A stretch of 61,284 bases of DNA from Streptosporangiaceae bacterium (lineage in GTDB: Bacteria > Actinomycetota > Actinomycetes > Streptosporangiales > Streptosporangiaceae), in NCBI GenBank assembly GCA_036497045.1, contig DASXKD010000048.1, forward strand, positions 1 to 61,284. The letters run 5' to 3'. Shown here in pieces: positions 17,659 to 26,831 of the stretch. Position numbers and translations under genes: made by a program. The notes under the pieces are model-generated. The model did no database searches, was not told the origin of the DNA, and saw only the letters and a list, made by a program, of their open reading frames with translations. The number at the start of each line of letters is the position of its first letter. Within the stretch, counting starts at the first letter, position 1.

Positions 17659-18729
17659 GTGGATCACGTGGTTCGGTTGCTGATGTTCCTGCTCGGGATG
17701 CTCACGACCGGCAGGGCTGTACGGCAGGAGCCGGCCTGGTCCGGGGCCGGATACGCGGGCCAAATGACATCGGCCGGTGCCGTGGATACTGACCCATTCC
17801 GGCCGGGCGAAGGTGCCGAATGGCAGGACAGCACGGCTCCGCTGCCACGCCGGCCGCCTCAGCTGGGAAGTGGCGGCGGGCTACCCTTGCCTGGTGGGCC
17901 CTGGGGCGATCCGCGGCCGCGGCGGCGGCGGATCCCGCGGCTGGTCACGTGGTCGGCGGTCCTGCTGGTGATCGGCCTGATCTTCCGCCGGGCGGTCGCG
18001 TCGGTCGTGCTGATGGCCCTGTCGGCGGCCTTCCACCTGGTGGGGCTGAACGTCCACCTGCCGAGTGTCAGGTTCGAGTGGCCGTGGCAGACGATCGCCG
18101 CGGGCACCACGACCAACACCGATCTGGGGCCCTGGGTCCTGCAGAAGATCGAGGGGATCTCCAGGCCGGCCCTTGGCCAGGCGAGCTTCAACTTCTACTT
18201 CACCCACAAGGTGTCCAAGAACATCGGCCCGTGGCCGTGCTGGTATGAGAGCACGTTCTACGCCGTCGGCCATGCCGCGGCGACCGTGAACCTCAACCCG
18301 GGCCCCTCCTGGTGGGCTCCCTCGGCTGGTCACTATCAACTCCAGGTGCTCAGCCGTCCGGCGCAGGGCAAGCCCGGTCATGTGGCGGTCAGCATGGTGC
18401 TGCCCAGGCCTCAGCTACCGCAGTCCGTGCACGATGTGACGATCGACAACATCCCTTCGCGGCCGATCGACACACAACACAGCTGGACGTATCCGGGCCT
18501 TGGCTGTGGCCTGGTGCTGCGCCCGCAGTTCGCCCAGGCGGTGCTCTACTCCCAGGCCCAGTACATCGCCTTCTACAAGTCCACTCATCTCGCCCAGGTG
18601 ACCGGCCCACTGGTGCGGACCGCAGAGAACCAGGCGTTGCTGACGATCAGGAACAACTTCATCCAGCCCACGGTGAACGCCTTCGGCTACATGCTGGACC
18701 GGTTCACGCTGCGGTGGGCGGGGTCATAG
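17659..18729 (+). CDS. Uncharacterised membrane protein (start GTG at 17659, or GTG at 17668 after GGAGAGG)
   Basis: Lies 22 nt after the hydrolase stop. Hydrophobic segments are LLMFLLGMLTTG and VTWSAVLLVIGLIF...VVLMALSAAFHLVGL. The C-terminal ~230 aa has non-repetitive composition (FNFYFTHKVSKNIGPWPCWYESTFYAVGH). Confidence 0.7.
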   Translation: MDHVVRLLMFLLGMLTTGRAVRQEPAWSGAGYAGQMTSAGAVDTDPFRPGEGAEWQDSTAPLPRRPPQLGSGGGLPLPGGPWGDPRPRRRRIPRLVTWSAVLLVIGLIFRRAVASVVLMALSAAFHLVGLNVHLPSVRFEWPWQTIAAGTTTNTDLGPWVLQKIEGISRPALGQASFNFYFTHKVSKNIGPWPCWYESTFYAVGHAAATVNLNPGPSWWAPSAGHYQLQVLSRPAQGKPGHVAVSMVLPRPQLPQSVHDVTIDNIPSRPIDTQHSWTYPGLGCGLVLRPQFAQAVLYSQAQYIAFYKSTHLAQVTGPLVRTAENQALLTIRNNFIQPTVNAFGYMLDRFTLRWAGS

Positions 18730-18768
18730 CGGCCACCGGCCCGGCGCCACCAAGGCCCGCCGGGTAGC

Positions 18769-19920
18769 TCACGCCGCGCGGGCGAGGATCGCGCGCAGGT
18801 CGCCGTCGGTCAGCGCGACGGGGTTGCCCTGCATGCTGCTCGACCTCAGCGCCTGCGCGGCGATGCCGCCGGCCTGCTCCGGCACCAGGCCGAATGTGCC
18901 GAGGCCAGGAATGGCCAGCAGCGCCAGCGTCTCCCGCACCCAGGCGAGGCCGTCCTGGATGGTGGCGGCAGGTTCGCCGGTGAGCAGGGCTGCGGCCTGG
19001 GCGTACCGGGCCAGGGCGGGGTGACCCGGCGGCCCGGCCGCCCGCAGCGCCGCAACGTTGGCCTCGATGACCGGGGCCAGCAGCGCGGCGCAGGCCACGC
19101 CGTGCGCCACCGCGACGGTGCCGCCGAGGACGCCGGCCAGGCCGTGCACGGCACCCAGTTTCGCGTTGGCCAGTGCCATCCCGCCCGCCAGGCTGGCCAC
19201 CGCCATGTCGGCCCGGGCGGCGACGTCGGTGCCGTCGGCGTAGGCGCGGCGCAGCCCCGTCGCTGCCCGGCGGATCCCCTCCCGGGCCAGGGCATCGCTC
19301 AGCGGGCTCGCCCGCGGGCTGACGAACGGCTCCAGGCACTGGGTGAGCGCATCCATCCCACTGGCGGCGGTGACCTCCGGTGGGCAGGACACGGTGAGCA
19401 GCGGATCGACCAGCGCGGCCCTTGGCAGCATCGCCGCGCTGCGCAGGCTGGCCTTGACCTGGTGCTCCGGAGAGGCCAGCACCGCGTTCGCGGTGACTTC
19501 GGCGCCCGTTCCCGCGGTCGTGGGCACCGCGACGAACGGCACCGACGGGCGGCTGATCGGCTGGCCGCCACCGATGACCTCCAGGTAGTCCAGCGGGTCG
19601 CCGCCGTTCCCAAGCAGCATGGCGGCCGCCTTGCCGGTGTCGATGACGCTGCCGCCACCGATCGCGGCGACCAACTCCGCGCCGTGCTCCCTGGCCGCCG
19701 CGGCCGCCGCCCTCGCGAGGTCCACCGTGGGCTCCCCGGACACAGCGAACACCACCGCAGGCAGGCCCAGGCCGGCCAGCAGGCCCGCGTGCCGGTCCGG
19801 GCTTGCGCCGGTGCAGACGAGCACCCGGCTCCCGCAGGAGGCCAGCAGCGCGGGCAGTTCGGCCGACCGGCCAGCCCCGAAGAGGACCCGGCCCGCGGTG
19901 GCGAAGTCGAACGCGTCCAT
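18769..19920 (-). CDS. Iron-containing (group III) alcohol dehydrogenase
   Basis: 383 aa with GGGSVIDTGKA, VAVPTTAGTGAEVT and HGLAGVLGG...HG motifs. Confidence 0.9.
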   Translation of the reverse strand: MDAFDFATAGRVLFGAGRSAELPALLASCGSRVLVCTGASPDRHAGLLAGLGLPAVVFAVSGEPTVDLARAAAAAAREHGAELVAAIGGGSVIDTGKAAAMLLGNGGDPLDYLEVIGGGQPISRPSVPFVAVPTTAGTGAEVTANAVLASPEHQVKASLRSAAMLPRAALVDPLLTVSCPPEVTAASGMDALTQCLEPFVSPRASPLSDALAREGIRRAATGLRRAYADGTDVAARADMAVASLAGGMALANAKLGAVHGLAGVLGGTVAVAHGVACAALLAPVIEANVAALRAAGPPGHPALARYAQAAALLTGEPAATIQDGLAWVRETLALLAIPGLGTFGLVPEQAGGIAAQALRSSSMQGNPVALTDGDLRAILARAA

Positions 19921-19925
19921 GGCCC

Positions 19926-20255
19926 TTACCCGGGCCCCGCGCCGACCGCCCAGTCGCCGCTCCCGGTCGGGAAGACCGCCGAGAACTTGGCCGAGGCCCG
20001 CGGCCGCGCCATCATCTCGGCCACGGTGTCCCGCCAGGTCGCGTAGTGCGGTTCCTGCTTGTGCGCGGCGGCCGCATCGGGGTCACGGTAGACCTCCACC
20101 AGGACCACGTGGCCGGGGTCGTCGTCCTCCTGGATCACGTCGAACCGCAGCACACCGGGCTCGCCCAGCGAGGCCCGCGCGTTGACCAGCGTCGCGGCCA
20201 GGAAGTCCGCCGTCCGCTCCGGCCGGACCCGGACGTGTACGTGAACGATAAGCAT
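19926..20255 (-). CDS. Antibiotic-biosynthesis-monooxygenase (ABM) domain protein
   Basis: [23 protein letters not shown]...[24 protein letters not shown]. Start chosen at the internal ATG (20255). Lies 5 nt upstream of the ADH gene. Confidence 0.75.
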   Translation of the reverse strand: MLIVHVHVRVRPERTADFLAATLVNARASLGEPGVLRFDVIQEDDDPGHVVLVEVYRDPDAAAAHKQEPHYATWRDTVAEMMARPRASAKFSAVFPTGSGDWAVGAGPG

Positions 20256-20325
20256 GGCCAAATCCTGCCGCACGGCGCCGTCCCGGCGCGCCCTTCGCGG
20301 CCGCCGGGATCCCTACCATGGGCGC

Positions 20326-20781
20326 ATGGCCGAGCCGAGGTGGCTGAGCGCGGAGGAGATGCGGGCCTGGCAGGCCTTCCTCGCCGCGGGTGCGCTGCTG
20401 GACCGGCGCCTCGACCAGCAACTCAGGCAGGAGGCCGGCCTGTCGCACGCGCAGTACGAGATCCTCGTCCGGCTCGCCGCGGCGCCGGGCGGTGAGCTGC
20501 GGATGACCGATCTGGCCGGCGCCCTCTACACCACCAAGAGCGGCCTGACCTACCAGATCACCCAGCTCGAGAGCGCCGGGCTGGTGCGCCGCGGTGCCTG
20601 GCCCGGCGACGTGCGTGGGGTCGTGGCCGCCCTGACCGACGCGGGCCGCCAGCGGCTGGCGCAGGCGGCACCCGGTCACCTCGCGGCGGTCCGGGGGCTG
20701 CTGATCGACGTGCTGACGGCCGAACAGCTGTCGGCCCTGGCCGACGGCCTCGGTGAGGTCGCCCGCCGCCTGGGCGGCTAA
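20326..20781 (+). CDS. MarR-family transcriptional regulator
   Basis: MAEPRWLSAEEMRAWQAFL...LSHAQYEILVRLAAAPGGELRMTDLAGAL...LTYQITQLESAGLVRR winged HTH. Start taken at the ATG at 20326 within ORF 20254-20781. Confidence 0.85.
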   Translation: MAEPRWLSAEEMRAWQAFLAAGALLDRRLDQQLRQEAGLSHAQYEILVRLAAAPGGELRMTDLAGALYTTKSGLTYQITQLESAGLVRRGAWPGDVRGVVAALTDAGRQRLAQAAPGHLAAVRGLLIDVLTAEQLSALADGLGEVARRLGG

Positions 20782-20842
20782 TGATTGAGGTCACGCTTAG
20801 CGGGCAGGGAGGGAACCGTACGCCACACCTGTGGAGGTTTCC

Positions 20843-21316
20843 ATGGCCCGCACGAATACAGACAGCAACGCCACTACGGCGCCCACAAGCCGGATCTGGC
20901 AGCTCGCGTACCAGAAGGCGCAGGATGCGAAGCCGGTCGTCGCACAGGTGAAGCCGCTGGCCAACGACACCAAGGACGCCGCGGCCCGCGGCCTGCTGAA
21001 GGCCCGGACCTGGGCGGCGCCCCAGGTGGAACACACCGGCCAGGTGCTGCAGGACAGCGTCGCTCCCAAGGTCGCTGCGGCGCTGACCTCGACCGCGCGG
21101 CGGCTGGAGCCGGACGAGGCCGCGCCGCGCGGCCACTGGCGCCAGGTGGCCGGGGTCGCCGCCCTGTTCGCGGTGGCCGCCGCGATCGTGATCGCGCTGC
21201 GCAACCGCATCGCGTCCGGCACCGCGGCGGATGCCGACGAGGGCGAGCCCGCGCCCGCCGAGCCGGTGCAGGCCGGCGCGGACGGTGCGGCGGCCAAGCC
21301 GGCCCACACCTCCTGA
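20843..21316 (+). CDS. Hypothetical protein with a C-terminal TM segment
   Basis: GGAGG lies 6 nt before the ATG at 20843. The N-terminal half is helical and Ala/Lys-rich. TM segment VAGVAALFAVAAAIVIAL. Confidence 0.6.
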   Translation: MARTNTDSNATTAPTSRIWQLAYQKAQDAKPVVAQVKPLANDTKDAAARGLLKARTWAAPQVEHTGQVLQDSVAPKVAAALTSTARRLEPDEAAPRGHWRQVAGVAALFAVAAAIVIALRNRIASGTAADADEGEPAPAEPVQAGADGAAAKPAHTS

Positions 21317-21548
21317 CCCGGTCCACCGGTCACCTCAGCGGTCGGCCCCACACGATGCGTTACGCAGCGGCGGGGCCGGCCGCTGCCTACTGCGCGCCCG
21401 GATCCGCGATGCCCGCTGCGCGGCCGCCACCGGTCCAGCCCGGCCCGGGGCCGCGAGCCGGGCTGGACAGCGCACCGGGGGTTGTGTTACCGCTGGGTAG
21501 GCTTGGGGAGTTATCTGGGATGAGCCCCATAAGGAAACGGGATGTGCG

Positions 21549-23486
21549 ATGAGTACCCAGCAGACAGGACAGACCCGGAATGTCGGCGAGCGCGAGGCGC
21601 GCCAGGTGGCGGAGGAAGCCAGGGAGTCCGGGTGGCAGAAGCCCAGCTTCGGCAAGCAGTTGTACCTGGGTGATTTCCAGCTTGACCTGATCCACCCGCA
21701 TCCCCGGCCGGAGGCGGAGGCCGTGCGCCGGGGCGAGGAGTTCTGCGCAAAGATGCGGGAGTTCTGCGAGACCTCGGTTGACGGCGCGCTCATCGAGCGG
21801 GAGGCCCGGATCCCGGATGAGGTGGTGAAGGGGCTGGCCACGATCGGGGCGTTCGGCATGAAAATCGCGCCGGAGTACGGGGGGCTGGGGCTCACCAACC
21901 TGTACTACAACCGGGCGCTGATCATCGCCGGGTCCGCCTCGCCGGTCCTCGCGGCGCTGCTGTCGGCGCACCAGTCGATCGGGGTGCCGCAGCCGCTGGC
22001 GCTGTTTGGCACCGATGACCAGAAGGAGCAGTACCTGCCCAGGTGCGCCCGCGGCGAGATCAGCGCGTTCCTGCTCACCGAGCCGGACGTGGGCTCGGAC
22101 CCGGCCCGGCTGAGCACCACGGCGACGCCCTCCGCGGATGGTTCACAGTACGTGCTGGACGGCGTCAAGCTGTGGACGACGAACGGCGTGATCGCCGACC
22201 TGCTTGTGGTCATGGCCCGAGTGCCGAAGAGCGAGGGGCACCGCGGCGGGATCAGCGCGTTCGTGGTGGAGGGCAACGCGCCGGGGATCACCGTCGAGCG
22301 GCGGAACGCGTTCATGGGGCTGCGCGGCCTGGAGAACGGGCTGACCAGGTTCCACGAGGTCGTGATCCCGGCCACCAGCCTGATCGGCAAGGAGGGCCAG
22401 GGCCTGAAGATCGCCCTGACCACGCTGAACACCGGCCGCCTTTCGCTGCCGGCGAGCTGCGTCGCGGCCGGGAAGGTCGCGACGAAGATCGCCAGGGAGT
22501 GGTCGCGGGAACGGGTGCAGTGGGGCCGCCCGGTCGGCGAGCACGAAGCGGTGGCCAAGAAGATCTCGTTCATCGCCGCGACCACCTACGGGCTGGAAGC
22601 GGTGGTCGAGCTGTCCAGCCAGCTCGCTGACGACAAGCGCAACGACATCCGCATCGAGGCCGCGCTGGCCAAGCTGTACTGCTCGGAGATGGGCTCACGG
22701 ATCGTGGACGAACTGGTGCAGATCCGCGGCGGCCGCGGTTACGAGACGGCGGAGTCCCTGGCCGCGCGCGGCGAGCGGGGCGTGCCCGCTGAGCAGATGA
22801 TGCGGGACATGCGCATCAACCGGATCTTCGAGGGCTCCTCGGAGATCATGCGGCTGTTCATTGCCAGGGAGGCGGTGGACGCGCACCTGTCGGCGGCAGG
22901 CGACCTCATCGAACCGGGGGTGGCGACCGGCCAGCGGGCCCGCGCGGCAGCCAAGGCGGGCGGGTTCTACGCCAAGTGGCTGCCCACGCTGATGACCGGC
23001 GAGGGACAGCGGCCCGGCGCCTACGGTGAGTTCGGCCCGCTCGCGGAGTATCTGCGCTACGTGGAACGTGCCAGCCGCAAGCTGGCCAGGGCCACGTTCT
23101 ACGGGATGGCCCGCTGGCAGGGCAAGCTGGAGCGCAAGCAGGGCTTCCTTGGCCGGATCGTGGATATCGGTGCCGAGCTGTTCGCGATCAGCGCCGCCTG
23201 CTCCCGGGCGCAGTTCGACGCGACCAGCGGTACCGAGCGCGGCCCGGTGGCGTTCGAGCTGGCCAAGGTGTTCTGCGCGCAGGCACGGCAGCGGGCCGAG
23301 GAACTGTTCACCCAGCTCTGGCACAACACCGACAGCACCGACTCGGCGCTGGCCAGGCACGTGCTCGCGGGCCGCTACACCTGGCTGGAGGAGGGCATCA
23401 TCGACCCGTCGATTCCCGGGCCGTGGATCGCCTCCGCCGAGCCGGGCCCGTCCGAGGCCACCAACGTCCACCGCCACATCGGCTAA
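21549..23486 (+). CDS. Long acyl-CoA dehydrogenase (ACAD with C-terminal extension)
   Basis: 645 aa with FLLTEPDVGSDPA, KLWTTNG and IRGGRGYETA, IFEGSSEIM motifs. Confidence 0.9.
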   Translation: MSTQQTGQTRNVGEREARQVAEEARESGWQKPSFGKQLYLGDFQLDLIHPHPRPEAEAVRRGEEFCAKMREFCETSVDGALIEREARIPDEVVKGLATIGAFGMKIAPEYGGLGLTNLYYNRALIIAGSASPVLAALLSAHQSIGVPQPLALFGTDDQKEQYLPRCARGEISAFLLTEPDVGSDPARLSTTATPSADGSQYVLDGVKLWTTNGVIADLLVVMARVPKSEGHRGGISAFVVEGNAPGITVERRNAFMGLRGLENGLTRFHEVVIPATSLIGKEGQGLKIALTTLNTGRLSLPASCVAAGKVATKIAREWSRERVQWGRPVGEHEAVAKKISFIAATTYGLEAVVELSSQLADDKRNDIRIEAALAKLYCSEMGSRIVDELVQIRGGRGYETAESLAARGERGVPAEQMMRDMRINRIFEGSSEIMRLFIAREAVDAHLSAAGDLIEPGVATGQRARAAAKAGGFYAKWLPTLMTGEGQRPGAYGEFGPLAEYLRYVERASRKLARATFYGMARWQGKLERKQGFLGRIVDIGAELFAISAACSRAQFDATSGTERGPVAFELAKVFCAQARQRAEELFTQLWHNTDSTDSALARHVLAGRYTWLEEGIIDPSIPGPWIASAEPGPSEATNVHRHIG

Positions 23487-23524
23487 TGGGGCCGCCGGGC
23501 TGACCCGCGCCCCCTGGCTTCCTT

Positions 23525-23571
23525 GATCACGGACGATCTTCCGCACATGGAACGGGAAATCGTCCGTGATC
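23525..23571. terminator. Hairpin between convergent genes (13-bp perfect stem, 21-nt loop)
   Basis: GATCACGGACGAT (23525-23537) pairs with ATCGTCCGTGATC (23559-23571). No clear U-tract, so function as a terminator is inferred from position only. Confidence 0.45.
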
Positions 23572-23611
23572 ACGGGTGCGGTGCCGGTGGAAGGGCTCGG
23601 GGGCGCACGGG

Positions 23612-24121
23612 CTACCAGCGGCCCCGGTGCACGACCTCATCGAACGGCCGCCGCTTGGGATTGCGGACCGATGCGAGCGGCCGGTCCGCCGGGTAGCCGA
23701 ACGAGACGAGCAGCGCCGAGTCCCGGTCTTCGGGAAAGCCGAGCAGGCCGCGGGCGAGCGCCAGGTCCCTGACGCCTGCGTGGCAGCTCCCGATGCCGAG
23801 GTCGGCGGCTGCCAGGGTCATCGCCATCACCGCCTGGCCCAGGTCGAATTGGGCCCGGCGGAACGGGTTGTCCGCAGCGGGGCCGATCACCACCACGGCC
23901 GCCGCCGCGCCGGCCACATGACCGGCGCCGGGCCCGGCCGCCGCGAGCGCGCGGAGCTGGTCGCGACCGGTGACCAGGATGAAATCCCATGGCTGCCAGT
24001 TCTGTGAGGACGGCGCCCGCCGCCCGGCCTCGAGTATCTGGTCCAGGTCCGCCGCCGGGACCGGGCGGTCGGCGAACGACCGCACGTTACGGCGGGATGT
24101 GATGGCCTCCCAGGTCTGCAT
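23612..24121 (-). CDS. Nitroreductase-family protein
   Basis: MQTWEAITSRRNVRSFADRPVP...APSSQNWQPWDFILV. Confidence 0.85.
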   Translation of the reverse strand: MQTWEAITSRRNVRSFADRPVPAADLDQILEAGRRAPSSQNWQPWDFILVTGRDQLRALAAAGPGAGHVAGAAAAVVVIGPAADNPFRRAQFDLGQAVMAMTLAAADLGIGSCHAGVRDLALARGLLGFPEDRDSALLVSFGYPADRPLASVRNPKRRPFDEVVHRGRW

Positions 24122-24269
24122 GACGGTGCCAACGCCCCCGGCGCCGCGTTCATTCTCGCTCGCGGCGGGCCTGGGGGCTCCCCGGCACTAGAGGTCCGGG
24201 GCAGCCCGGCACCACAGATCCGGGCAGCCCGGGTACCGGGACGCCGGCCGGAAGCCTGGCCTGCGGGTG

Positions 24270-25064
24270 CTAGCGGGCGGCGGGAGCCTCGGCGAAGCCC
24301 CATACCGTCCGGAGGAGCTGCTCGGGGGTCTCAAGCTGCGGGAGGTGGCCCGTTTGTGTCAGCAGCTCGAACCGGGCGCCCGGGATGGCCGCGGCATAGG
24401 CGCGGCCATAGTCGGGATCGGCGATCCGGTCGGCGTCGCCCCAGATAATCAGGGTGGGGCACGCGATCGCGGCGAGGCGGTCGCGCAGGGACGGGTCGCC
24501 CATACGCTGCCCGGCATACACCTGCAGGGCGGCCCGGTTGGCGGCCATGCCGGCCCGCTGCGCCTCGGTCATGGCGGCCGGGTCGATGCGGAACGCGGCC
24601 GGGTCGTGGTAGGACAGCCGGGCCAGTTCGTCCAGGCTCAGCGCGAAGAAGTCGGTGACCGGGTGGCCCTCGACCTCGATGCCGACCGCGTCGACCAGCA
24701 CGAGGCCGCTGATCCGCGGGCTGCCGAGCAGAGCCAGCTCGGCGGCGATCCACCCGCCGATCGAGTTGCCGATCACGGTGACGTTGTCCAGGCCGAGCCG
24801 GTCCAGCAGCTCGCGGTAGAGCGCGGCGAGCCCGGCCATGTCGGTCAGCCCGTCCGGGCGCGGGGTGCCGCCGAAGCCGGGATGGGTGGGCGTGATGACC
24901 CGGGCGGGCCCCTTCGTGGCGAGCAGTTCGGCGAAGCCGGTCACCGTCTGCGGCCCGCCACCGCCGTGCAGCAGCAGGAACGGGCGGCCCTCGCCCCGGT
25001 CGTCGGCGGTGACGTCGAGCGGGCCGGCACCGGCCAGAGTGAGATTGAGCGCGGAAGTGGTCAT
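24270..25064 (-). CDS. Alpha/beta hydrolase
   Basis: FLLLHGGGG and the nucleophile elbow VIGNSIGG. 264 aa. Confidence 0.85.
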   Translation of the reverse strand: MTTSALNLTLAGAGPLDVTADDRGEGRPFLLLHGGGGPQTVTGFAELLATKGPARVITPTHPGFGGTPRPDGLTDMAGLAALYRELLDRLGLDNVTVIGNSIGGWIAAELALLGSPRISGLVLVDAVGIEVEGHPVTDFFALSLDELARLSYHDPAAFRIDPAAMTEAQRAGMAANRAALQVYAGQRMGDPSLRDRLAAIACPTLIIWGDADRIADPDYGRAYAAAIPGARFELLTQTGHLPQLETPEQLLRTVWGFAEAPAAR

Positions 25065-25073
25065 GGGCTCTCC

Positions 25074-25535
25074 TCAGGAGGCGAAGTCGGTCGCGGGCAC
25101 GGTGTCGTAACGGGCCATCGCGCCGACGACCGCGTCACCGGTCAGCGGCTGGCCGGCTGCGATCATGTCGCGCAGGTCGCGGAAGTACTGGACGTAGAGA
25201 TCGGGCGTGAACGTGTTCAGCAGGACGGCCGGCTCGTCGCCGGGGTTGGCGAAGGTGTGCGGTGCGCCCGGCGGGACCATCACCAGGGTGCCGGGCCCGG
25301 CGTCGTAGGCCCGGTCCCCCACGGTGAACCTGGCGGTGCCGGATACGACGTAGAACCCCTCATCGTGACCGCCGTGCCGGTGCTGCGGCGGCCCCTCGGT
25401 ATGCGGGGCGATGGTGATCTCCCCGATGCCCAGCCGATGGCCGGTGGTGCTGCCGTCCTCCAGGATCCGCATCCGCACCGGGCCTGGCAGCATCTGCTCA
25501 CCGCCGTCCGGGCCGACCACTGAGATGTCAGTCAT
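25074..25535 (-). CDS. Cupin-domain protein
   Basis: PPQHRHGGHDEGFYVVSGTARF...PPGAPHTFAN. Confidence 0.85.
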   Translation of the reverse strand: MTDISVVGPDGGEQMLPGPVRMRILEDGSTTGHRLGIGEITIAPHTEGPPQHRHGGHDEGFYVVSGTARFTVGDRAYDAGPGTLVMVPPGAPHTFANPGDEPAVLLNTFTPDLYVQYFRDLRDMIAAGQPLTGDAVVGAMARYDTVPATDFAS

Positions 25536-25569
25536 CCGGGGCTCCTCGTATTGAAGCTATATCTCTTCG

Positions 25570-25636
25570 TGAGAGTTGACTCTCATCAACTTAGGGGGTT
25601 CAGCGTTATTGTGCAAGTTAGCTCTCATAATGAGAG
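25570..25636. promoter_or_regulatory. Two palindromes sharing the half-site CTCTCA/TGAGAG (candidate TetR operators)
   Basis: TGAGAG-TTGA-CTCTCA (25570-25585) and CTCTCAT-A-ATGAGAG (25622-25636). They lie in the AT-rich divergent cupin/TetR intergenic region. Confidence 0.55.
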
Positions 25637-25676
25637 TGCAGTTGACTTATGACAGGGCGGGCGCGACGATGGGCTG

Positions 25677-26270
25677 ATGAGCAGCCGGGTAAACCAGAAG
25701 GAGCGCACCCGCCGGGCCATCGTGGCGGCGACCCGGGAACTCATCCGCACCGGCGGCGAGGTGACGATGCCGGCGGTCGCGAAGTCCGCGCTGGTCTCGG
25801 AGGCCACCGCCTACCGGTACTTTCCCGACCTCGCGTCGCTGCTGCGCGAGGCGCTGGCCGGGCTGTGGCCGAGCCCGGAGGCGGCGCTCGCACCGGTCGC
25901 GGGCTCTGACGATCCCGCCGAGCGCGTCGCCTGCGCCACCCAGGCCCTGCTGCGCCACGTGCTCACCTACCAGAGCGGGGTGCGCGCCATGATCGCTGCC
26001 ACGATCACCCGGCCGGGCGAGGCCGCTGCGCGGCCGGGGCACCGGTTCGGGCTCATCGACCACGCGCTCCGCCCGCTGGCGGCCGACACCGCGGTGCTGG
26101 CCCAGCTCAAACGGGACCTCGCCGTGGTCATCAGCGCCGAGGCGCTGTTCACCCTCACCGACCTGTGCGGCCTGTCCCCCGAGGACGCGATCGCCAGCGC
26201 CGTCCACACCGCCCGTACCCTCACGCAGGCCGCCACCGGGGAAAATCGTCTGGCCGCGGCGCGGGTCTAA
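25677..26270 (+). CDS. TetR-family transcriptional regulator
   Basis: RTRRAIVAATRELIRTGGEVTMPAVAKSALVSEATAYRYFPD HTH. Confidence 0.85.
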   Translation: MSSRVNQKERTRRAIVAATRELIRTGGEVTMPAVAKSALVSEATAYRYFPDLASLLREALAGLWPSPEAALAPVAGSDDPAERVACATQALLRHVLTYQSGVRAMIAATITRPGEAAARPGHRFGLIDHALRPLAADTAVLAQLKRDLAVVISAEALFTLTDLCGLSPEDAIASAVHTARTLTQAATGENRLAAARV

Positions 26271-26304
26271 CCAGGTGTAAGGACGAAGGGAAAGGACCAT
26301 ACCC

Positions 26305-26775
26305 ATGCGCAAGGCTCGTACCAGCACCGAGGCGGCCGTCGCTCGCGAGATCACCAAGCAGGACGAGCAGTGGCGCCAGGAGCTGACCCCGCTGCAGTAC
26401 AGCGTGCTGCGCCAGGCCCACACCGAGCGGCCGTTCACGGGTGAGTACGTCCACAATCACTCGGACGGGTTCTACCGGTGCGCGGGCTGCGGGGCCAAGC
26501 TGTTCGGCTCCGACGCCAAGTTCGACTCGGGCACCGGGTGGCCCAGCTTCGACCAGCCCGCGATCGCCGAGGCGGTCGAACTGCGGCCGGACAACAGCCT
26601 GTTCATGCGGCGCACCGAGGTCGTCTGCCGCCGCTGCGGCGGTCACCTGGGCCATGTCTTCAACGACGGGCCCACGCAGACGGGCGACCGGTACTGCATC
26701 AACTCCTGCTCGCTGGCGTTCGAGCCCGCGGGCCAGGACGCCGAGCAGCCCGAGGCTCCGCAGGCGCGCGGCTGA
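26305..26775 (+). CDS. msrB: Peptide-methionine (R)-S-oxide reductase
   Basis: Two CxxC zinc motifs (YRCAGCGAKLF and VVCRRCGGHLGHVF). Also GWPSF and the catalytic RYCINSCSL. Confidence 0.9.
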   Translation: MRKARTSTEAAVAREITKQDEQWRQELTPLQYSVLRQAHTERPFTGEYVHNHSDGFYRCAGCGAKLFGSDAKFDSGTGWPSFDQPAIAEAVELRPDNSLFMRRTEVVCRRCGGHLGHVFNDGPTQTGDRYCINSCSLAFEPAGQDAEQPEAPQARG

Positions 26776-26790
26776 CCGTGCAGCCGGCCC

Positions 26791-26819
26791 GGCTCAGGGC
26801 AGGCCCACTACCCTGAGCC
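26791..26819 (+). terminator. Hairpin after msrB (9-bp stem GGCTCAGGG/CCCTGAGCC, 11-nt loop)
   Basis: Read directly from the sequence. No U-tract. Lies immediately upstream of the anti-sigma RBS. Confidence 0.35.
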
Positions 26820-26831
26820 GGGGAGGGAGAC

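Noticed and set aside
24200-24245. Direct repeat CCGGGGCAGCCCGG / CCGGGCAGCCCGGG in the intergenic region after the nitroreductase gene.
   Set aside because: It is short and of GC-rich low complexity, with no associated feature. It is probably chance.
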